From: Octopus vulgaris
Taxonomy: Eukaryota
NCBI GenBank assembly: GCA_951406725.2
Contig: OX597818.1
Span: forward strand, 125,674,001 to 125,738,000
DNA: 64,000 bases
Reading direction: 5' to 3'
A program made the translations under genes and the position numbers. Below, piece after piece: positions 27,470 through 42,593 of the stretch; the stretch's first letter is position 1; each line of letters starts with the position of its first letter. The notes beneath the pieces are model-generated. The model was not told where the DNA came from, made no database searches, and saw only the letters and a list, made by a program, of their open reading frames with translations.

Positions 27470-27727
27470 TGTGTGCATGTGTGCATGTGCGCGCATGAGA
27501 AAGTGTATATGTGTGTGAGTGTGTATAATCCTCTTTTTGTTTTTGGAAAAGGATCTCGAAGCACATACATGCTACAAATAATAGCATGTACATATTGTGT
27601 TGGACGACTAATTTTGATAGCCAAGTCGGCGGTTGCCTTTCTTTAAATGCAATTATCTTTAACACTTATGTACATTGGAATCTTAATTCCCAAAAAATTA
27701 TTTTATATTCGCTTGAAAGCTTATGAA

Positions 27728-28022
27728 GTTTGCTTCCCAACCACATGGTTCCAGGTTCAGTCTCACTGTGCGGTACCTTGCGCAATTATGTTCTCTTATA
27801 TCCTCTGGTCAACCAAAGTCTTATCAATGGATTTGGTAAACAGAAACAGGAAGAAGCCCAACGTATATATGTGTTAGTGCGTTTATGTCCCCGTAACTTA
27901 GCAGTTCAGCAAAATAGACAAATAGAATGTGTATTGGGGTCGATTCGTTCGACTGAAATTCAGCAAGACGCTGCCCCAGCATGGCCACAATCTAATGGCT
28001 GATACAAGTAAAATAATAAAAG
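27728..28022 (+). mobile_element. Diverged SINE (family 1)
   Basis: cttcccaaccacatggttccaggttcagtctcactg ... ccccagcatggccaca ... acaagtaaaa. Confidence 0.75.
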
Positions 28023-28153
28023 AATATATACATGTATATATATTATGTGTGTGTGTTTGTGTGTGTGTGTTTGTGGGTGAGTGTGTTTGTGTGTGTGTGT
28101 GTATGTATGTGTGTATGTATGTATGCATGTACGCATGTATGCATGTATGCATG

Positions 28154-28187
<34 letters not shown>

Positions 28188-28829
28188 TGTATGTATGTAT
28201 GTATGTATGTATGTATGTATGTATGTATAGCATTATCTACATTAATGCGAAGATTAAGCAGATCAGACATACATTAAAGGAGTCGATAGAAAAAATATGT
28301 TGCGTGAATATTTTATTTCCTTCTTAAATCTTACAGATGGAGTTTTCTTTTGAGTCCCAAATTTTCAACGGTATATTGTATTGCGCACGCGCGTATATAT
28401 GTATGTGCAAGTGTGTGCCTGTGTGTGTATGTGTATGTGTGAGTGAGTGTGCGAGAACTAAGATCAAGAGTAGCAAGAACATAAGAAAAGAAATGCGAAT
28501 TACTTCGTAGTAGGAACGCGATTTAGTAACAAAAGCAGTAGATTAGTCTCCATTGTAATAATTCCGTTCGATTCATTATTTATAAATGTATGTTTGTTAG
28601 TATGTATGACTGTTTTGATTCATGTGTGTATGTGTGCGTATGTGTGCGTATGTGTGCGTATGTGTGCGTATGTGTGTGCGCGCGCGCGCGCGCGCGTGTG
28701 TGTGTGTGTTCTTTATGTATTTAATTCTTTTGTTTGTTCTTAACGACCACAGCTTAGGCCATGTCAGAGGACATCTCACTGGTTTGTTTACTTGCTTAGA
28801 TGAATATCACCAATATTACACACACACAA

Positions 28830-28894
<65 letters not shown>

Positions 28895-29121
28895 TACACA
28901 CACGCACACACAGATGCATGATGTACCGAAATCATAAAAGGAGAAAGAAAAAATATTAACATTGCAAAATACCAACTGTAAAATACAAATTAATTTCCAT
29001 TATGTGTCTATTAGAATGACTGTCATACAACAAAAAGATTTTAACAACAATACACAACGTGTACAACAAAAGTATAAAGAATATATTAGATATCTGTCTA
29101 TGGATAATGGTCTGATTTTTG

Positions 29122-29171
<50 letters not shown>

Positions 29172-29280
29172 CTTGTTTAATTAATGTGTTTTCGAGTTCT
29201 CACCAGTACAGGAATTACAAACTATCAATATTCCCAAAAAGTGAAAATCTGAACAAATACATTCAGGGAGGTAGACACAC

Positions 29281-29787
29281 ATCATTCATCATCATTGTTC
29301 GACCGTGGTCGAGACAATGGAATTTACCATGCTACGCCAGACTTCACGGTCCATCATGGCATTACGGAGGTCCTGTTGCTGGATGCCTGTATCCCTGGAG
29401 ATTACATCAGGGTAGGAGAGTGTGCGCCCTCTGGTATTGCGAGTAGATGGCTTCCAGAGGAGAAGAGTAGAAATTACTTCTTTTTCAGCTCTACAACAAT
29501 GTCCAGCAAACTGGACTCTCCTACCTTTCACAAGAGATGACACCGGTGGTAGTTTCCCATATATTTGCATTTTGGTTGGATGGCGCTTCCACGAGAGATT
29601 TTGAGCTCTCATAAGGAGGCGAGTGTAGGTTCCATCCAACCGCCTCTCAAGCTTCTTTGATAACGTCCAGGTTTCTGAGCCATATAGTAGGATTGGTTCG
29701 ACTGTGGCTTTGAATATTTCAAGTTTGAAGTCTCTACTTAGATTTGATGACCAGATCTTATGCATGTCATTACAGGCTGACCAGGCC
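29281..29787 (-). mobile_element. RTE-clade (RTE-X-like) LINE 3' end
   Basis: Uninterrupted ~165 aa AWSACNDMHKIWSS..ILLYGSETWTL..LDGTYTRLLMRAQN..RRVQFAGHCCRA..DREVWR, with a (TGA)n tail after the stop. 5'-truncated at a (TG)n tract. Confidence 0.9.
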
Positions 29788-30281
29788 ATACACACACACA
29801 CACACACACATACATACACATACACACAGACACACACACACACAAATATAATGTATACATACGTGTGTGGCTGTGTTTAGGTAGTTTCTGTCTAACTGTG
29901 TACGCTTGCGTTTGTTTCTCTGCTTGTTTTGCAAATAGCACGTGTGAAATTGTGTATTTAATGAAATATTTTTGTATTTTTCGAATGTTCTGTTGCCCAT
30001 TAAATCATACGCTCATACGCACTGATTAAATTTCACTTCTGCCATGCCCAGTTAATTGGATAATCAGCTAACTATTTATCTAATAAATTAATTAAATAAC
30101 ACTTTGATTGGTTCTGTTGAAGTTATTTTGATAGTATCTGTCACTTAACAGCAGACGATCTATATTTCGCACTATCACACGCTTTGCGGTTCTCTGAGTG
30201 TTGCTATGTGAATTACGATTTTAACTGTTTATAATTCCACTTTATCCGTGTTTATATACATGGTGTGTGAGTGGGTATATA

Positions 30282-30323
<42 letters not shown>

Positions 30324-30343
30324 TACACACACACACATATATA

Positions 30344-31640
30344 CACGAGAGGATGCTGAAAATTTCCTGGCTTTGTGTAAAAGTAAATACAGGAGGATCA
30401 GTTAATTATGATTTTAGTATACTCCCCTCTCACATTCAAAAACTTATTACAGAGGGCCTTTAGTTTTTCTATGCCTTGTCAGTTTTTCTAAGCCCTGTTA
30501 CAGAGGCCACCATTCAGGCCCCTGTATCAGCGATCACTTGCGAATCTCAGTGAAATTTCGTTCTCTTCAGTTGTGGAAAGAGGTGATAGTCGGAAAGGGC
30601 CAAGTCAGGAAATTAAGTCGGGTGGTCTACGAATTCGAAGCCAAAATTGCGTATTTTCCGTAGAGTTTATGTGCTGCGGGTGTTGGTGCCTTTTCCTGTA
30701 AGAACAGTCTCAGCTTCCCATGGCGTTTCTGCTTCAAAGTTTCAAGCAGTTCATCCAACAGACACGTGTAGTATTCTGCGTTGATGGTGCGACCCATTGG
30801 CATGTGTTTTATGACAAGTACTCCATCTTTGTCCCAGAACAGTGAAGTCAGAATCCTTCCAGCTGACTTCTGGGTTCGAAATTTCTTGGGATGCGGTGAG
30901 CCGCTGTGACCCATTCCATTGATTGCTGCTTGGTATGGGAATCATACCTACGATGCCAAGTTTCATCCATGGTGGTTAAACGAGCTATAAAATCAACTTC
31001 TCTCTCTTCAAACCAGTCCAAAATTGCATTTGATGTCGTCAATCTGATATGCTTCTGATCTGCGTTCAAGCATTTGGGCTCTCATTTTACGGAAATATTT
31101 CTCATGCCCAGAATATTGTGGCTGATGTGGCCAACTCTTCATGGTTGATGTGACCAACACGTGAAAGAGTTGCTGAAATGCGATGATCTTTAGCCGAAAT
31201 GCGGCGATCCTCGAGATTCATGACGTGCACAACGTCATCTTTGTCTTCTGTGGTCGCGGAAGTTGGCCGTCCTGACTGCAGTTCATCTGTGACCTCGAAA
31301 TGACCAGTCTGAATCCTTGATTTCTATATTTCAAAGTGGAGTAAGATGGGCAGCCATCCTTGAAGACTTCGTCCATTTTGGCATGGATTCTGTCCTCTCT
31401 TTTGCTTCGAAAAAAGAGGAACTTCATGAGCACTCGTGCTTCAATTTTACCAAAATCGTCGTCTGTAGGATTTGGCATCATGAGCTAAATTTGTAAAAAA
31501 AAGGAAGGATGTATTGTATACCATCGTGATTTTTTGTATATTTTCCACTAAATAGCTGTCCTACCCACACCTTGTAAAGGAAACAGTTCTACTCTCTCAC
31601 GATCAACTTAAAGCTAAGAAATTTTCAGCACCACATCGTG
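30344..31640 (-). mobile_element. Full-length decayed mariner transposon
   Basis: ~30 bp TIRs (cacgagaggatgctgaaaatttcctggcttt / aaagctaagaaattttcagcaccacatcgtg), 1.3 kb long. Remnants TMDETW..YD..TKQQSMEW, SPHPKKFRTQKSAG.ILTSLFWDKDGV and TINAEYY. Confidence 0.92.
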
Positions 31641-31705
31641 TGTGCGTGTGTGTGTGTATGTGTGTGCATATGTATATATGTAATATGTATATATATTTAT
31701 AGATA

Positions 31706-31793
31706 CACTTGGGCAAGTGTCTTCTACTATAGCCTCAGGCCAACCAAAGCATTTTAAGTGGATTTGGTAGACGGAAACTGAAAGAAGCCCATC

Positions 31794-31851
<58 letters not shown>

Positions 31852-32038
31852 GTGTCTATGTTTGTCCCACCAACATCGCTTGACAACTGATGCTGGTGTG
31901 TTTAGGTCCCCGTAACTTAGCGGTTCGGCAAAAGTGACCGATAGAATAAGTACCAGGCTTACAAAGATTAGGTCCTGGGGTCGATTTGCTCGACTAAAGG
32001 CGGTGCTCCAGCATGGCCGCAGTCAAATGGTTGAAGCA
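31706..32038 (+). mobile_element. 5'-truncated SINE (family 1)
   Basis: High similarity to 37710-38020, with an expanded internal (TA)n. Confidence 0.85.
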
Positions 32039-32382
32039 ATATATATGTGTATATATGTAGTATGCATATGTGGGTACAGAACGTCAAGAAATGTGTCCAA
32101 CAAAAAAATATGAAGCAGGAGTACATGGAATATGAACTATTCTTTCGAACAACGAAAGACACAAATGGAAAACAAAACAAAAAAAAACAACATAAAGAAC
32201 AAACCTTCATCAGTTGTTGGCTGTTTCTCTAGTCTCGTATTTCGAGCATTTAACAACCATATACGCTTTCGATAAAACAGTCACTCCCGTAAAGCAAATT
32301 AAATAAAATTTGGGATTTTGCGGAGGGTCAAAATTGGTAACAGAAACAGGACAATGAAAGCAAACAAGAAGGGCTCCTAAGC

Positions 32383-32442
<60 letters not shown>

Positions 32443-32640
32443 TCAAAACAGTTTGTTTCAGATTTCTTGGTACTCTAAGTTTCAAGCGCGTGGCTAGTCT
32501 TCGGTTATCAGAGCCCAATGGCCGAAGACTAGCAACACTCTTGAAACCCAGAATACCAAAGAGTCTGAATCAAACTGTTTTGATCTAAACATGCAACTCC
32601 CAATAAATATGTTGAGTGCCCTTTCGCCTGTCGATTCACT

Positions 32641-32641
<1 letters not shown>

Positions 32642-32727
<86 letters not shown>

Positions 32728-32728
32728 T

Positions 32729-32821
<93 letters not shown>

Positions 32822-32900
32822 GTATGTATATATATATATATATATATACTTGCATATATATGTATGTATATATATATATGTATATATACGTATATATATA

Positions 32901-32960
<60 letters not shown>

Positions 32961-32979
32961 TATATATATATATACAGGC

Positions 32980-33022
<43 letters not shown>
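32642..33022. repeat. (TA)n/(GATA)n microsatellite
   Basis: Direct inspection; source of the poly-IY ORFs. Confidence 0.95.
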
Positions 33023-33739
33023 CAGGCATATATTTATACACACACACACAACACAAACGCACATATGCATATATAGGTGCATGCGTGGCTGTATGTATGT
33101 ATGTTTTATGTATGTATAAGCAGTATCCTTCGGCTGAGAATGAAACACCTGTAAATAATTTTTATTTATTTTATTTATTCATTTATTAGTTCAAGAGTTA
33201 TTTGTTGAAGTCTTAATCATAACATAACCGTCAGGCAGCGGTCGTTCGCACGTAAAAGACAAATATTACAGAAAGTGCAATTCTTCTAAATCCAATAAAT
33301 TCAGCTGGATCCATTGTGGATTATATTTGAAAAATTTTTTTTCAAAACAATGTGATCAACTTAAAGCAACATAAAGCTGTACAAATTGCAATAGTTGGAG
33401 TTGTAATCATATCATAAACGTCACACAGAGGTTGTTTACATGAAGAAAACAAATATTCCGGAGGAAATAAATATTCTGAAGGTGAAGGATTCATTAGGAA
33501 TTTCAATTTCAAAATTATTATAAAGCCATTATTTTAAAGATCTTACATCAAGGTACTCGTACGCAAAATACAATATGACGCTGGGATTCTTCGACCGCCA
33601 GTCACAGTTTCTCGTAAATATAGATGAGAGAAACAATAGTATTATTTACGACAACCAAAATTGCTCAGTTCGTGAGTGTTACACATGTTGATTTCGTACA
33701 CACACGTGGACACACATATACACACACATTCATATATAT

Positions 33740-33935
33740 ATAACGGGAAAGTTTACGAAAATAAACAAAAGACGAAGGCAGGTGGAGTACAAACAAACAA
33801 ATGTGTTAGTATAGCGCTCAGGAATAGAAATAGAAAAAGTATTTTACGTTTCGAGCCTACGCTCTTCGACAAAAAGATACAGAGAAAAAAAAAGGAGAAA
33901 AAAAAATGCGTTTAGGAGCTAACGATCTATCATGG
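33740..33935 (-). mobile_element. Penelope-like fragment with a minimal hammerhead-like motif (33842-33876)
   Basis: Minus strand reads UUU-UUGUCGA-A-GAGC(GUAG)GCUC-GAAA-CG-UA-AAA. A related terminus occurs at 34220-34285, also next to (TA)n. Confidence 0.55.
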
Positions 33936-34173
33936 CGGGATGGCATTATTAAAATACTATCACAAATGGTAAGCGAATTCTCAGCCGTACAGGCAAATTA
34001 ATCAAATATATACATACAATATTAGATATGTACATATACACACAAGGGTACCACATGAGTACCTATATCGCCAATGACAGAAGTCAAAAAAATACTTCTG
34101 TACCGCTGAATAGTCACAAATCTATTACAGACAAGATAGGAAAAAATAGCAGTGAACAATAATAATGTCTTAC

Positions 34174-34224
<51 letters not shown>

Positions 34225-34308
34225 GGAAAATTCACAAAAAACAAAAGACGAAGACAGGTGGTGTAGACAACAAACATGTATTATTTACGTATGTACTTTC
34301 TGGGTTGA

Positions 34309-34392
<84 letters not shown>

Positions 34393-34730
34393 TTTTTGGA
34401 TTTAGTTTGCAAGATTCTTTATATGAGTTCGTGTTTTGAAGCATATTCTATTGTGTCTGGGGAGAGTCATTTTCTTTTTGTGCCTTATAATGTAACACAC
34501 TCACCGGTATAATTTTCACTTATTGTTCGAAGAATGTGTCCCCACTATGCGAACCCTATGAAATGAAAAAACATATACAGAACTTCATGCACCGCATTCA
34601 GTTCTCTGGATATGATCAGAAAGATAGGGTTCGAGTACACAGGGGTTCTATAAACAACGGCATAACTATGAAATTCATAAAGACCATTTGTTAATTTTGA
34701 TCCTATTTTTCTCATACAGCTGCATATCGC

Positions 34731-34963
34731 AGGCGCGTGGGTTAGTGGTTAGGTTATTTGGATCCCGATTAAGAGTTCGATTCCCGGAGGCGCGTGGTGT
34801 TCTTGAGCAACACATTCTGTGTCACGTTGAATTTCCCTGATTACTATATTAAGGACACGCGAATCTGTGGAGTACTCAGCCACTTGCATGTTAATTTTAC
34901 GAGCAGGCTGTTCCGTTGATCGGATTAATCGGAACCTTCCTCGTCGTAACCGACGGAATGCCA
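34731..34963 (+). mobile_element. tRNA-derived SINE (family 3)
   Basis: A box ggttagtggttagg and B box gagttcgattccc. The body matches the reverse copy at 61141-61435 and partial copies at 43033-43200. Confidence 0.75.
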
Positions 34964-36982
34964 GTTTTCAGTAATTAATTTTTAGTACTAATCCCTTCCA
35001 TGATTGGAACCGGATTTTACCTGTATACAAGACATAGAGACAAGACTTTCGATGGTACCCTTACAAATGAAATGATAAGAAAAATTCGATATTACGATAT
35101 TCCGGTAGACCAACGTTGGATAACAGATTATTGTTTTAATTATTAATATAGTTTAACTATTCAGCCGTATTTAGTTCCTTACCTTATATATATATATATA
35201 ATACATTTTGGAGGGAGATACGAATTTGCCTGTCTATATAAATGTGGATATGCTAGTGGACTGTTATATCTTTCGATGTCGCCTGGTCGAATATATAATA
35301 GGTGAGTTTTTTCCTAGCATTTCTAGATTTATGGGAAATATTATGTTGATAAGGAAATGAACTTACGATTCTAATCCAGAAACGATCGTCCATAATTAAT
35401 CCAGTAGACTGTGTGATTTTGTTGTCTTCCTTCTTTTTACCATTTATATAGGTTACAAATACTGTTGTTTGTGGAGACTTATTTTTGTAGTAATAGTAAT
35501 AGTATGGGCATTTGACTGCTATTTCTAATATTTTCGGTATGTGGTTTAAGCAACTTGTTGCAAAAAACTCTTTATTATAATCATATATACATATATGTCT
35601 TTATGGCATCTTCTTCCTAAAATTCATTGTTACTTCTTCCCTAATTTTACCGACATCAATATCTCAAAATAAAACCATTTATTAACACCCGTTCTCCTCT
35701 ACATCAACCTGATATATTCTTGCGTCCTCATCATTGCGTGTAAAGACAAAAGTGCTGGAACTGGAGTGGCAAATTAGAGTTAGAGCGACTAACAAAATTC
35801 TTGAAGGGTATTTAGTTACCTCCCTGTACTCTCTGAGCTTAAAATACTGCGTTGTTGTCAACCATAGATGGATTGATTGCAAAAATAGCAGTGAAGTACT
35901 GAGAGGAAGAATGATTTGCTGTTCTTTCCCTAAAAACTATTTTCGCCTTTTACCTGTGTTATAAAAGGATTTTATACTATTAGATGGGCTGATGATGAGT
36001 ATTGAAGCCAGGGATTAAATATGTCCTAGTTTTTAACTAATTTGCATTACATCCTGAATTCAAGTATCACCGGAGTCAACTTTGACTTTTATTTATCCGT
36101 AAATCGATACAGTATATATCTATTAATTTATAAACTAATTAAATGCACATGTAAATCTGGCAAGCCATGACAAACTGAGGAAGCAATATAAATACATCTT
36201 ATACAAAGAGTAAACAAAAACAAAAGCAAAATCTAGAAAGAAGGAAAAGTAGAACGAACAGGCAAGGAACAATTAAAAGATTCTGTTGTTAAATCTTTGT
36301 AGCCGCCATGAATTGGAAAATTATACTTATGGCTAGTGAATCTTTGAAAATATATTATACAAGTAATAAACCCGAAGTTCAAACTATCAAATTTTATTTA
36401 TATTGAAACAGTCCAGTCACTTGTATTTTCATACAGCTCCCCGCTATAGGCAATGATAGCTATTTTCTTTCATCCTTATGCACTGTTGAATTCTAATCTT
36501 TTTTTCTGTATTGATAAAAGCATCTAATAGTCTAGTACAGAGAGATAAATGGCTACTAAAATCTCAACACCATTAAAACAAAGTTAAATAACACCCCACC
36601 ACCATATATTGGGCCGTTTATATCCTATCGTTATATGATATTTACTAACATGTGAAGTAGAATAAGCTCAAGAACCTTTTGTGCAACTCACTTCAACCAC
36701 TAGAACAACTGGTGTGACCCTATACGGTGGCTCAACATTGTAGAAAAAGTGGCTAAATCTTTCTTAAATCGAACGCACATCTTTAAAAAAAAGAAGGAGA
36801 ATAAATAATAATAAGAGCAGGCTGTTGACCACCGCTGTGGTCTTTGCTCACACTTCTGCCAATTCAACGTTTTGGACTGGTGGCATATTATCGACCCGAT
36901 TGGTGGAAAAGTCAATTTTGAAGTCTGTAGGATTTGAACCTCGAGCACATTCAGTAGGAACACATACGGCGCGGTATTTTAC

Positions 36983-37201
36983 TCGTGGTTTTCAACCAGG
37001 GTTCCGCGGAACCTTAGGGTTCCGCCAGAACAGTCCATGGGTTCCGCAAGAAGTTACAAAACTGCTAAAATCGACAGTAATTTTTAATTCTCCTGTGCAG
37101 ATATGTGTGCATAAGTCTATTAAATTATTGCACAGGGGTTCCTCGAGCCAGTGGAATGTTTCCTTGGGGTTCCGCTCCAGCAAAAATATTGAAAAGCACT
37201 G
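36983..37201. mobile_element. hAT-like MITE
   Basis: Ends gtggttttcaa / ttgaaaagcactg (CAGTG-type TIR) with several subterminal GGGTTCC(G) motifs. Confidence 0.65.
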
Positions 37202-37637
37202 CTCTAGAGGGTCTGTATCTGTGCGTGCCTGTGGGTGTGCATGTGGGTGTGTGCAAATGTATATGTACATATATATGCATATGTAAGTGTATATATATAT
37301 GTGTGTGTGTGTGTGAGTATATATATGTATACACACACACTCACACAGATTCGCACACGGATACACGCAGACGTATACAAATACAGGCAAAAAACATTCA
37401 CAGGCATGTATGTGTGCGTGCGTGTGCCGGAGTGTCTGTGCGAGGGCGTATTTGTGTACACAAGTGAACATTGCAACGGGGAAATAGTTTCATATATAAC
37501 AATTTACGTAACTGTATGTATTCAATAAATGGTGAAATTATAGTTTCATAGACTATAATAGCCGAAGAGAGTGTCTTAAGTATTCTAGGATTTAAAAGAG
37601 TGGAACCAATAGAATAACTGAAAGATAAAAGAATATA

Positions 37638-38040
37638 CAGGAGTGGCTGTGTGGTAAGTAGCTTCCTTACCAACCACATGGTTCCGGGTTCAGTCCCACT
37701 GCGCGGCACCTTGGGCAAGTGTCTTCTACTATAGCCTCGGGCCGACCAAAGCCTTGTGAGTGGATTTGGTAGACGGAAACTGAAAGAAGCTCGTCGTATA
37801 TATGTATATATATATGTATGTGTGTGTGTTTGCGTGTCTGTGTTTGACCCCCTAGCATTGCTTGACAACCGATGCTGGTGTGTTTATGTCCCCGTCACTT
37901 AGCGGTTCGGCAAAAGAGACCGATAGAATAAGTACTGGGCTTACAAAGAATAAGTGCCGGGGTCGAGTTGCTCGATTAAAGGCGGTGCTCCAGCATGGCC
38001 GCAGTCAAATGACTGAAACAAGTAAAAGAGTAAAAGAGTA
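37638..38040 (+). mobile_element. Full-length tRNA-derived SINE (family 1, octopus-type)
   Basis: A box tggctgtgtggt, B box gggttcagtccc, central (TA/TG)n, and a 3' tail ggcggtgctccagcatggccgcagtcaaatgactgaaacaag(taaaagag)n. Many copies in the window. Confidence 0.9.
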
Positions 38041-38164
38041 TGAGAAACACTTGTGTTATAACTGTCAAAGGAGACCACTCTTATAAACACTTGCGAATTA
38101 CCTCCCTTGAAATGATTTTTTTTTCCTTACAAAGTAGGTATGTTTATTTATCTTTTCTGTAATT

Positions 38165-38376
38165 AACTTAGCCATTAAAGTACGGCCAAGCTGGAACACC
38201 GCCCCCACCCTTTTTTTTTTTGGCTGAATGATCCGACCCCAGTACTGGTTTCTCCTTTTTTTAAACCTGGTACATATTCTATCGGTTGTTGTTGCTGAAA
38301 CGCTAGGTTACGCGGACGTAAACACTAACACCAGTTGTCAACCGGTAGTGACGAACAAGCATACATATATATATAA

Positions 38377-38434
<58 letters not shown>

Positions 38435-38580
38435 ACGAAGGGCTTATATGAGTTTTCATCTATCATGTTCATACACAATACTATAGCCGGATGCTATAGT
38501 AGAACAGACGAGCCCAAGGTGCCAGGGAGTGAGACTGAACCCAGAATCATGTAGTCGCGAACCAAGCCCACGCAGCCTCG
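38165..38580 (-). mobile_element. Diverged SINE (family 1)
   Basis: Reverse similarity to 37638-38040. Further head fragments on the + strand at about 38735-38880 and 39835-39930. Confidence 0.65.
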
Positions 38581-38874
38581 CCCACGCAGACACGCCCGTG
38601 CAGTCACGCTCGCGCATGAAATAAATTTAAATAACTTTGCCGCGAAATCATATTCATTATACTTCCCTTTTGCTTTAAATACTTATCAATAATACTGCTG
38701 CAGGAAAATACTAATGGTAAAGAAAGCAAGATCGTTCTGCAAACATGTGACTGTCAGGTGCAGTCCCACTGCGCGGTACCTTGCGCGAGTAACTATTACT
38801 ATAACACCGAAATGAAAACCAATACCTTGTGAGTGAATTTGATTGACGAAAACTGTTTCAAAGTCCATCCTGTG

Positions 38875-38922
<48 letters not shown>

Positions 38923-39374
38923 TATATGCAAAATTTAGGTTAGTTAAAATATGCTTGTGACATATTTCAACTGCTAAAAGTCAAATTGACTGCAGTTACT
39001 GTGGAGTAAATATCTCCCTTATGGTAAAAAGGTGTCAAAACACCTGTTTTGTTCAGTGGCACCATCTATCAGGAATCCCAGACCTCGATTGTTCTAGTTC
39101 ATTGACTCTTGTCAATGGGATGTAATTAAGAGAGGTAATGCTGAACAAACTTATAAAGCTTTATGTAAAATTCAGTCAACAACATTTACTGATTTGCGCT
39201 GGTAGATCGCCCGATCTAGGAAAATCACGAAACGTTAGCGCTAAGCAGTGCTTAGGCATATAATTATATGTAATTATAAGATCCAAGGATCTAAGTGCAG
39301 GAAGTTAATAAACTTCGAACAGTCCGTTGTAGGTATAACAAACAACTTCACCCACTTCACCTTATTAACACACA

Positions 39375-39453
<79 letters not shown>

Positions 39454-41299
39454 ATATATATATATATGGTTGTATATTATGGCTGTAAATATACGTGTAT
39501 GTATTTATGTTACGAAAAAGGAGGCAGTCAGATTTTTGGATAATTCTTTATTATCGCTTTCGTTCGTTTAACCAAACAAAAATTGAACCCAAATAATTAA
39601 AACAGAACGTTTAATAGGTTTTATATATGAATAGAAGAGCGGATGTTTTTTTTTATTGTTTTAATTTTTGTTTTGCTTAGAAGAAGAGAAAACGCTTTTT
39701 GTAGAAATTTTCTCCTCTTCTATAGAAAACAAAGAAATATCAGCTCTTCGATTCATATAAAAATCGATGAAACGTTCTGTTTTTATTATTTTGGTTTAAT
39801 TTTGCCTTTTTTCAAACTCTTGGTATATATTTAGTATGGCTTGTGGTAAGAAGTTTGCTTCCCATCCATATGGCTCCGAATTCAGTCCTCCTGCGTGGTA
39901 CGTTGGCCAATGGTCTTCTACTATAGCCTCTGTATGTATGTATATATATATACGAGCAAAACGCCCCCGTCCAATGGACGGTGTTGAGTTGTCAAACATT
40001 TAAACCAAATTTTCTCAAAACAACTTGTCGGACCGTCCCATAGGCCTCGCCTTTGAGAAACACTGATTTAACCTAAATTTGAGACACCAGCAAAAGAAGA
40101 ACTAAAGATGGATTTTTTTTCTATTCCAAAGAAAAACGATTTTATTCACACAAATATGCAACTGAAGTGTTTAAAGTACTCGTAATGATAAGGCTGTTGA
40201 CTGGGAGAATATTCAAAACGGTAAACCAATCACGGTGTCTAATTGTATTTAAATGTGTTTACGAATATGTTTGCTCATATGTTGTCACGCTGTTTCACTT
40301 CTTTACTTGATTCAATAATCGGTAACATGCAACTCAGAGTAAGCATTCAAGAAGCTTGCACTCCTAATATTATACATACAAACTTTAAGCACTGAGTACT
40401 TGGTTCCACTATTGCAAACACAAGCACTTAATAACTCGTACAACTCGTACACGCAAGCGCGTTACGGGTATGTATGTGTTGTGTGGATTGTTTACAGAAA
40501 GCTTTGCTGTCTGAGATATATTTGGAGTCGAGCGTAACCTGAATTTTTCAAGGCAGGCTGCCATCAAATATTCGCTTACTTAGTATCATGCTAACAAAAT
40601 CTCTCTGATTTTACACTTCCAGACATAATCCGCTTTTCGGCAGTGGAAAGCAATGATGAATAATTTTCAGTAGTTCAATTTGTGCTTGTTCCAACTGAAA
40701 ATTTCTACTCAATAAAGCTGTTAATCCATGTGTCGTTTGTGATCTTTTCCTACAAAGTAGTCAAGCGCTAATAGGAGATTGTCAAATTACAATGAAGCTT
40801 ATGTTGGCACGTCATCAATTTAACTTCTCGTGCTTTTGTCAATGTTTTTGAAACACTTGGTGGTCATCAATTACCGTCCAGTTAACATCAATTTAGAATA
40901 CTGTAATACGTCGGTCGGTGTTCTGGCTACGTTCCTGAAAATGCCGGAGTAAATGAAACAACGCCACACGGAAGTCATGATATTATATAAATAGATACAA
41001 GGTTGGAAAGATCTTTTTAAACAGCAATACAAACACAGGTGAAAGGAATAGATATCTTTTAACAACTGAAAATTAAAAACAAAACTGCTGTTTTAGATAA
41101 CCTCACAATGTGATATTGCCTATATTCAAATGTTATGTTGAAATTAGATAACAATTTTAATATCGTTTATATATTTGTTGTGCAAGATTTTTTATGTGAA
41201 GTCGTGTGTTGAAACAGATATTGTTATATTTCGGAATGGTCATTTTTCCAGTTTAGCCAATATCAATAGTGTATTAGTAAATTAGTTTATATATTTTAC

Positions 41300-41513
41300 T
41301 TTACTACCCACAAGAGAGGACAGACAAGGACAGAAAAACGGATTAAGTCGATTACATCGACCCCAGTGCGTATCTGGTACTTAATTTATCGACTCCGAAA
41401 GAATGAAAGGCAAAGCCGACCTCGGCGGAATTTGAACTCAGAACGTAACGGCAGACGAAATACGGCTACGCATTTCGCCCGGCGTGCTAACGTTTCTGCC
41501 AGCTCGCCGCCTT
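41300..41513 (-). mobile_element. tRNA-derived SINE (family 2)
   Basis: Reverse complement reads aaggcggcgagctggcagaaacgttagc...gagttcaaattccgccgaggtcg. Matches 44539-45072. Confidence 0.85.
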
Positions 41514-41961
41514 TTCGTTCGATACGATACCCACTCTACGAAACAGCCAACATTTTCCTTCTATTGTTATTTCTGCTGTTGTTATATTTATTGTTGGTGG
41601 TGCTGGAGAGGTTAAGTGTAGTAATCTAGTTTTGCTGTTATTGTTGACTCTATTCTTCCCACCCACTCTTCAATTTAAGATTACTGCTCTTAGGGATTAA
41701 TTACTGTCGTGTTTATGCTTTTTGTTTTACCGTTTTTTTTTTGTTGTTTAGTTTGATTGCTTCAATTATTTCTAAAATCAAAGAAAACATATCTCCATCA
41801 TGTTAAGTGCAAACGTGATAGTGTGATTGATGGTTATCCAGTTTTTTACTTCTGATGTTTGATTGGAGTGTAACGGTAGGAAGGAGGGCAGCTGGAAAAG
41901 AGAGTGAGGGATATACACAAAACGCACACATATATATACATATATAAATATAAATATAAAT

Positions 41962-41999
<38 letters not shown>

Positions 42000-42556
42000 C
42001 ACAGAGAGAGAGGGAGAAGGTGATAATGACAGAGATTGAGAAAAAGATTCTGATCTACTGTATCTATTGGTTATATACCGTCTAGCAGCCGAGGGTGAGG
42101 TCAGGGGTGGAGTTGTGAGCTGGTTACTCATTGAGCTTGAGATCATTCCTCTCCTTTTTAATTTCTTCTCTTGTCTCACAATAGCTGTATTTCACAAGCC
42201 CATACTTCTTTCATCTCTTTGCTCACATACATACATACATACATACATACATACATACATACATACATACATACACACACACACATACATACATACACAC
42301 ACACGCATATATAAACAAAAATGCACACACACATACACACATATATCTAAAAATTCTGCTAGGTTGTTGGAGCGTTCTAAGAGGTACTACTACAGTTGTC
42401 AAAGCTCAACTGTCAGTTAAACACATTTCAAATCTGATGATTACTCTATGTATGAAAGCGCTAATTTAACTTTATGAGCATTACAAAATATTTTTTTAAT
42501 GTTAAAATACCAAAATACAAAAGCGAAAACCAGACCATGATTTAACTTTACTCAAC

Positions 42557-42593
<37 letters not shown>

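Noticed and set aside
32529-33148. Long poly-IY/YI, poly-TH/CV, poly-V/T/S ORFs here and throughout the ORF track
   Set aside because: They are translations of (TA)n, (CA)n, (CATA)n and (TAG)n microsatellites, which lack stops in some frames.
37638-37710. tRNA gene
   Set aside because: The A/B boxes belong to a SINE head that continues into the repeat body; no complete cloverleaf was recognised.
40871-41065. Minus-strand ORF with an acceptor-like 5' end; also ORF 35682-35882
   Set aside because: No recognisable homology and no partner exons; cannot be supported without transcript data.
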